A DNA stretch of 64,000 nucleotides, taken from contig CAVUDW010000002.1 in NCBI GenBank assembly GCA_963740355.1, positions 2,016,001 to 2,080,000 on the forward strand, read 5' to 3'. Shown here piece by piece: positions 59,869-64,000 of the stretch. The position numbers and the translations under genes are program-made. This DNA comes from an uncultured Gemmatimonadaceae bacterium. GTDB taxonomy: Bacteria > Gemmatimonadota > Gemmatimonadetes > Gemmatimonadales > Gemmatimonadaceae. The notes beneath the pieces were generated by a model that did not search any database, had not been told where the DNA came from, and saw only the letters and a list, made by a program, of their open reading frames with translations. Each line of letters opens with the position of its first letter. Within the stretch, counting starts at the first letter, position 1.

Positions 59869-60261
59869 ATGTCAGAGCGTTCCTGGTCCCCGGTGTTCCT
59901 GCCTGCTGATATTCCACTGCCCGTCGGCGCGTACAGCCCGGCGGTGCGCGCCGGTGACTTCCTGTACGTCTCGGGGCAGGTGCCACGCGACCCACGCTCG
60001 GGCCTCGTCATCGGTGCCACCGTCGAGGAGCAGGCGCAGCAGGTGATCACCAACATTCGTGGAGCCCTGGCCGCTGGCGGCGCGACACTGCACGACATCG
60101 TGTCGGCCACCATCTACCTCGAGAACGAGCAGGACTGGCCGGCGGTGAACGACATCTGGAAATCCACGTTCACCGCGCCGTACCCGTCACGGACCACCGT
60201 CGGGGCCAGCCTGCGCGGAATCCTCATCGAGGTCAGCGTGGTCGCATACCTGCCTCGGTAA
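59869..60261 (+). CDS. RidA (YjgF/YER057c/UK114) family protein
   Basis: GAYSPAV..FLYVSGQVP, YPSRTTV, LIEVSVVA. Confidence 0.92.
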   Translation: MSERSWSPVFLPADIPLPVGAYSPAVRAGDFLYVSGQVPRDPRSGLVIGATVEEQAQQVITNIRGALAAGGATLHDIVSATIYLENEQDWPAVNDIWKSTFTAPYPSRTTVGASLRGILIEVSVVAYLPR

Positions 60262-60307
60262 CACAGATCCGCGCTGTCGCAGCGATGACGGACAGCGCGC
60301 GAGTCTC

Positions 60308-60835
60308 TCAGGGCTTGGCCGGCGGGTGGTGCATGTTGTGCTGGCTGCTGTCCATGCCACCGGCGCGGTGATCGTCCCGCTGGAATCGGATGAACTCGCC
60401 CAGCGCGCGCAGGGCGGCCGTGTCGCGCGTGGTGATGATCACCTCGCCGCCGTGCGGCAGCTCCTGCATGCGATACGTGATCGCCCGCCGGCGCGCCTTC
60501 ATGGTGGCGGTACCGGGCACCGTGCGCGCATGCACGAGCGCTGGTGAGCTGAAGTCGCCCTTCGCGAACGCCGCCGCGATCTGTCGCAGGTGCGTGCGAA
60601 TGGTCAGTGTGCCAGCGCTATCGGCGTCATCAGCCTGCAGCTGGATGCGCGCGCCCATGGGAATCAGGTCGAAGCGATGTTTCGACATGTACTGGTCGAC
60701 GCCCATCACCTTGGCGCCGCGCTCCTGCACGCCCTTGAACGCGGAATCGCTGCCCGGACGGTCGCCAGTCTGTGCGGCGCCCGTGGACGCCAGCAGTACC
60801 TGCGCGGCGGCCGTGATCACGAGTCCTCGCAGCAT
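60308..60835 (-). CDS. Hypothetical exported protein with His-rich C-terminus
   Basis: Signal peptide; RGAKVMGVDQ..HRF, IRTHL..F..GDFS.P..VH, FQRDDH; TAATG coupling to the upstream gene. Confidence 0.75.
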   Translation of the reverse strand: MLRGLVITAAAQVLLASTGAAQTGDRPGSDSAFKGVQERGAKVMGVDQYMSKHRFDLIPMGARIQLQADDADSAGTLTIRTHLRQIAAAFAKGDFSSPALVHARTVPGTATMKARRRAITYRMQELPHGGEVIITTRDTAALRALGEFIRFQRDDHRAGGMDSSQHNMHHPPAKP

Positions 60836-61308
60836 TACTTCGCCTCCCACTTCTTTCGGAGCCCTTCGACTCGTTTCCGATTGACGCCCAGATCGCTGCG
60901 GCCGAGCCGCGACGCGGAGCGAACATGAATCACGCTCGCGGCCGAGTCGAACCGGAACTCGACGTCGTCCACGAAGCGCAGGATCAGACTGGTCGACTCG
61001 GCGTGCAGGTAGGTGCCGCTGTCACTGACGACGGCGGTGCGCGGCCACGCCTCGAGGATGGTCCGCAGCCGCGTCATGTCCGCCTTCCCGCCCGGAGCCG
61101 GGAAGGAGGCGACCTGCTTGTCCGCTGGCGTTCCGGGCTCGGAGCTGACGCAGTTCGGCGTGTCCGGGCAGGGGCGCAGCCGACCGGCTCTAAGGGCGAG
61201 GTCCTTGGGGCGTGCACCGGAACAGCCGAGCATCACACCTCCAAGAAGACCGAAACGAAGCAAGGTGAACCGAACTGCAGACACGGTGGTGTCTCCCGGA
61301 GAGGACAC
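60835..61308 (-). CDS. DUF1499 domain lipoprotein
   Basis: LRPCPDTPNCVSS, FVDDVEF, IHVRSASRLGRSDLGVNRKRVE. True start may be slightly downstream. Confidence 0.88.
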   Translation of the reverse strand: MSSPGDTTVSAVRFTLLRFGLLGGVMLGCSGARPKDLALRAGRLRPCPDTPNCVSSEPGTPADKQVASFPAPGGKADMTRLRTILEAWPRTAVVSDSGTYLHAESTSLILRFVDDVEFRFDSAASVIHVRSASRLGRSDLGVNRKRVEGLRKKWEAK

Positions 61309-61463
61309 CGCCCCTCGTCAGAAAGTTGTAACTCGTTGCTCCTCAATTCGTTATACAAGCTGATGTGACGGCGTACACCATGCAATGACAGTGTTCCGAG
61401 GCGCCGACACACGCACTTCCGCGTGACCTCGATTTCGACCGTTCGCCCCATTTGGAGCACGCC

Positions 61464-62084
61464 ATGACCTTTTCCACGACAGTCGCCATCCGCCGCGCCG
61501 CGGTCCTTGGGCTGGCCGCCGTCACGCTCGCCGCCTGCAACAACAAGCGTGTGAGCCGCGTCGACCCAGCCAGCGTCACCGACCTCTCCGGTCGCTGGAA
61601 TGACGTCGATTCGAAGCTGGTCGCCAACGCCCTCATCGATCAGAGCTTCAGCGGGCCGTGGAGCGGGCAGTTCGCATCGTCGCATGGCGGCAACCCACCG
61701 ACGGTGATCGTCGGCTCGTTCCGCAATCGCACCCTCGAACATGTGCCGATCGGCACGTTCGTGAAGGATCTCGAGCGCGCCTACGTGAACAGCGGCCGCG
61801 TGCGACTGGTGGCGAGCCGCGACGAGCGGAGCGAGGTGCGCGACGAACGTGACGACCAGCAGACCAACGCCAGCGCCGAGACACGTGCACGAATCGGCAA
61901 GGAGAGCGGCGCGAACTACATGCTGCAGGGTGACGTGCAGTCGATCGAGGATGCGGAGGGCCGCGAGAAGGTCGTGTTCTACCAGATCGATGCCTTCCTG
62001 GTAGACCTCGAAAGCAACCAGAAGGTCTGGATCGGGCAGCACAAGATCAAGAAGTACATCGATCGTCGTCGCGTCGGCTGGTAA
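61464..62084 (+). CDS. lpoB: Penicillin-binding protein activator LpoB-like lipoprotein
   Basis: Lipobox LAAC; VSRVDP..DLSGRWNDVD, NRTLEH, GANYMLQG, YQIDAFLVDLE.N.KVW. Confidence 0.8.
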   Translation: MTFSTTVAIRRAAVLGLAAVTLAACNNKRVSRVDPASVTDLSGRWNDVDSKLVANALIDQSFSGPWSGQFASSHGGNPPTVIVGSFRNRTLEHVPIGTFVKDLERAYVNSGRVRLVASRDERSEVRDERDDQQTNASAETRARIGKESGANYMLQGDVQSIEDAEGREKVVFYQIDAFLVDLESNQKVWIGQHKIKKYIDRRRVGW

Positions 62085-62093
62085 CCCGGAGCC

Positions 62094-62966
62094 ATGAGCA
62101 TGCATACGACCATGAACACAACCATGAACGCCACGCTGAAATCGAGCCTGCTGATCGGTGCCGGCGTGTTGCTGGCCGCCTGCAATGGTCCGCGTCGGAT
62201 CCACGAGCGGCCGATGATCAGCAACGGCGATCGCACGCCGTCGCAGGAGCGCCTCATCGCGAACGCCGCCGCTGACGGATACAGCGACAATGCGATGCTG
62301 ACCCAGGCACGAGACAGCGTCTATGCGAAGGCTGTGGCGACCTGCCGCGGCACGATCTGCGCATCGGTGGTGAAGGGCGAGATCTCGCTCGGCATGACAC
62401 CGGCGCAGGCGATGGCTGCGACCCGCACGGCGCCGGCCGCCTGGACGCTGCGTGAGAGCGGCGCGGCAACCGTGATGGTGCCGCGTGTGCTGGGCCTCTC
62501 GCCCCGCGACGCCACCGGTGAGGTGGTGATGGTGCAGTTCGACGACGATCGCGTGAATGCCGTCAGCTACCGCGAGACGACCGGCATTCGCGTCGTGAGC
62601 TCGGCGGCCGATACCACCACCGATGGCCGTGCGACGGCGATGGCTGACGCACTGATCCGCGAAGGTGATCAGTTCAATGCCGCTGGCGATCGCGTGCGGG
62701 CCCTCGATCGATACGACCGCGCACTGGCCTTGAAGCGCGCCGACCCGATGCTCGAGTACAAGGTGGCGACCATGCTGGACCTGCAGATGCGCCCCGTCGA
62801 GGCACAGATCCGCTACAAGCGGTTCCTGCAGTCGCTGGAGATCGAGCGGATTCGTGCGCAGGGCGATGCGAACGCACAGCTGGCTGACGCGATCGCACGG
62901 GCTCAGCAGCGCCTGATCGTGCTCGAGCGCCAGGCACCAACACCGCCGCCCTCCCCCGACCGCTGA
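62094..62966 (+). CDS. Hypothetical lipoprotein with TPR-like C-terminus
   Basis: Lipobox LAAC; ISLGMT motif; ALDRYDRAL TPR-like helices. Several possible ATGs. Confidence 0.75.
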   Translation: MSMHTTMNTTMNATLKSSLLIGAGVLLAACNGPRRIHERPMISNGDRTPSQERLIANAAADGYSDNAMLTQARDSVYAKAVATCRGTICASVVKGEISLGMTPAQAMAATRTAPAAWTLRESGAATVMVPRVLGLSPRDATGEVVMVQFDDDRVNAVSYRETTGIRVVSSAADTTTDGRATAMADALIREGDQFNAAGDRVRALDRYDRALALKRADPMLEYKVATMLDLQMRPVEAQIRYKRFLQSLEIERIRAQGDANAQLADAIARAQQRLIVLERQAPTPPPSPDR

Positions 62967-62977
62967 GACTCCCCGTC

Positions 62978-64000
62978 ATGTGGCGCTCCCTCCTGCTGGT
63001 TGTCGTGCTGGCTCCGTTGACGGCGTGTGCAACGCTGTCGAACACGGCGCGCAGCTACCTGACGGCGCCGAATGGATTGCAGGTCGACGATGACCGTGTG
63101 CGGTCGCTGCTGCAGCGTGGTCGTGCTGACTCGGCACTGCGCGCGGTCGGGAACCGGAAGTCGTCACTGAGCCCGGATGACCGCTTGCTGCGGCTGCTCT
63201 ATCAGGGCACCGCAGCGCGGTATGCCGGCAAGCATCGGGAATCGGGCGCTTTTTTCGACCAGGCGTATGCTGTCAGCGAGGATCGCTACACGAAGAGCGT
63301 CAGCCGCACCGCTGCGTCGATGGTCACCAATGACTATGCGCTGCCGTACACGGCGGGGCGTAACGAACGGTTGCTGCTGCACTACAATGCGCTGCTGGCG
63401 TGGAGCGCCGCGGGAGATGCGGACGCTGCGACTGTCGAGGCGCGCCGACTGGTGGCGTTGCTGGCGAGTTTCGGAGAGCCAGATGCCGATGAACGTCCGA
63501 TGCGCGCGACGATGCATGCCGTGGCGGCCGCGGCATTCGAACAATCGCATGACTGGACCGATGCCGATGTCGCGCGCCGGAATGCCATCAGGCTTGGTGC
63601 AGTGCTCGACAGTGCCTGGCAGGCGCCGGCCGACTCGGAAGGGGATGTCGTGATCGTCGTGGAACGAGGCGACGTGGCGCACAAGGTTGCGGTGGGCCTC
63701 ACGGTGCCGATCTACACCGGCGACAATGCGAACCCGAACAGCAGTGGCTTCGCTGCGCAGCGCATGATGGCCGACTTCGGCGCGCTCCGGAACGGTGGGA
63801 TCTGGTGGGACGATACTCCATCGTGGCGCTTCACCGAGACGCGGTACGCGCCATGGCAGGGCGCGCGTGCGAGTTATCTGCTCGACATGAGCTGGCCGGT
63901 GCTGCGGCGCGCGCCGACGCTTGGTGTTGGCGCGGTGCACGTGTTGTCGGATGCGGGGACCCCGGACCAGGCGGTCGTGAGTGCCAGCGTGAGTGATGCG
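62978..64000 (+). CDS. COG3014-like TPR lipoprotein (3' end beyond the window)
   Basis: Manual translation MWRSLLLVVVLAPLTAC..DRLLRLLYQG..TKSVSRTAASMVTNDYALPY..ERLLLHY..ATVEARR; usual neighbour of LpoB genes. Missing from the ORF track because it has no stop in the window. Confidence 0.78.
   Translation, partial: MWRSLLLVVVLAPLTACATLSNTARSYLTAPNGLQVDDDRVRSLLQRGRADSALRAVGNRKSSLSPDDRLLRLLYQGTAARYAGKHRESGAFFDQAYAVSEDRYTKSVSRTAASMVTNDYALPYTAGRNERLLLHYNALLAWSAAGDADAATVEARRLVALLASFGEPDADERPMRATMHAVAAAAFEQSHDWTDADVARRNAIRLGAVLDSAWQAPADSEGDVVIVVERGDVAHKVAVGLTVPIYTGDNANPNSSGFAAQRMMADFGALRNGGIWWDDTPSWRFTETRYAPWQGARASYLLDMSWPVLRRAPTLGVGAVHVLSDAGTPDQAVVSASVSDA

Overview
GC-rich bacterial chromosomal window, gene-dense, with a gene repertoire that looks like Gemmatimonadota (inference from gene families, not from a marker gene). 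It holds one tRNA-Met(CAT) and about 50 CDS: envelope and periplasmic proteins (DUF5916, BNR/VPS10 propellers, LpxR, LpoB), a membrane-spanning SARP-BTAD-STAND receptor, a reductive-dehalogenase-like Fe-S protein, a NIT-MCP/FIST/PAS-GGDEF-EAL signalling cluster, an ECF sigma/CBM anti-sigma operon divergent from a SusC/SusD locus, and amino-acid catabolism genes. I found no integrase, transposase, rRNA or CRISPR-Cas. Best candidates for undescribed biology: (1) a GxxExxY PD-(D/E)XK-family gene preceded by three ~88-bp tandem repeats plus an inverted copy that closes a long hairpin, with a gene-less element of similar architecture at ~56.5 kb; (2) four Tat-exported Rieske proteins, each with a CxxC in the signal leader, behind a His-rich membrane protein, with two sigma-54-like promoters and a shared GTTCATGAAC palindrome (one copy has a ~57x Thr-Pro stalk and a +1 frameshift); (3) an unannotated 20-aa ORF with an extended Shine-Dalgarno sequence and a downstream hairpin. 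Family names come from motif recognition by eye, and start codons are best guesses.
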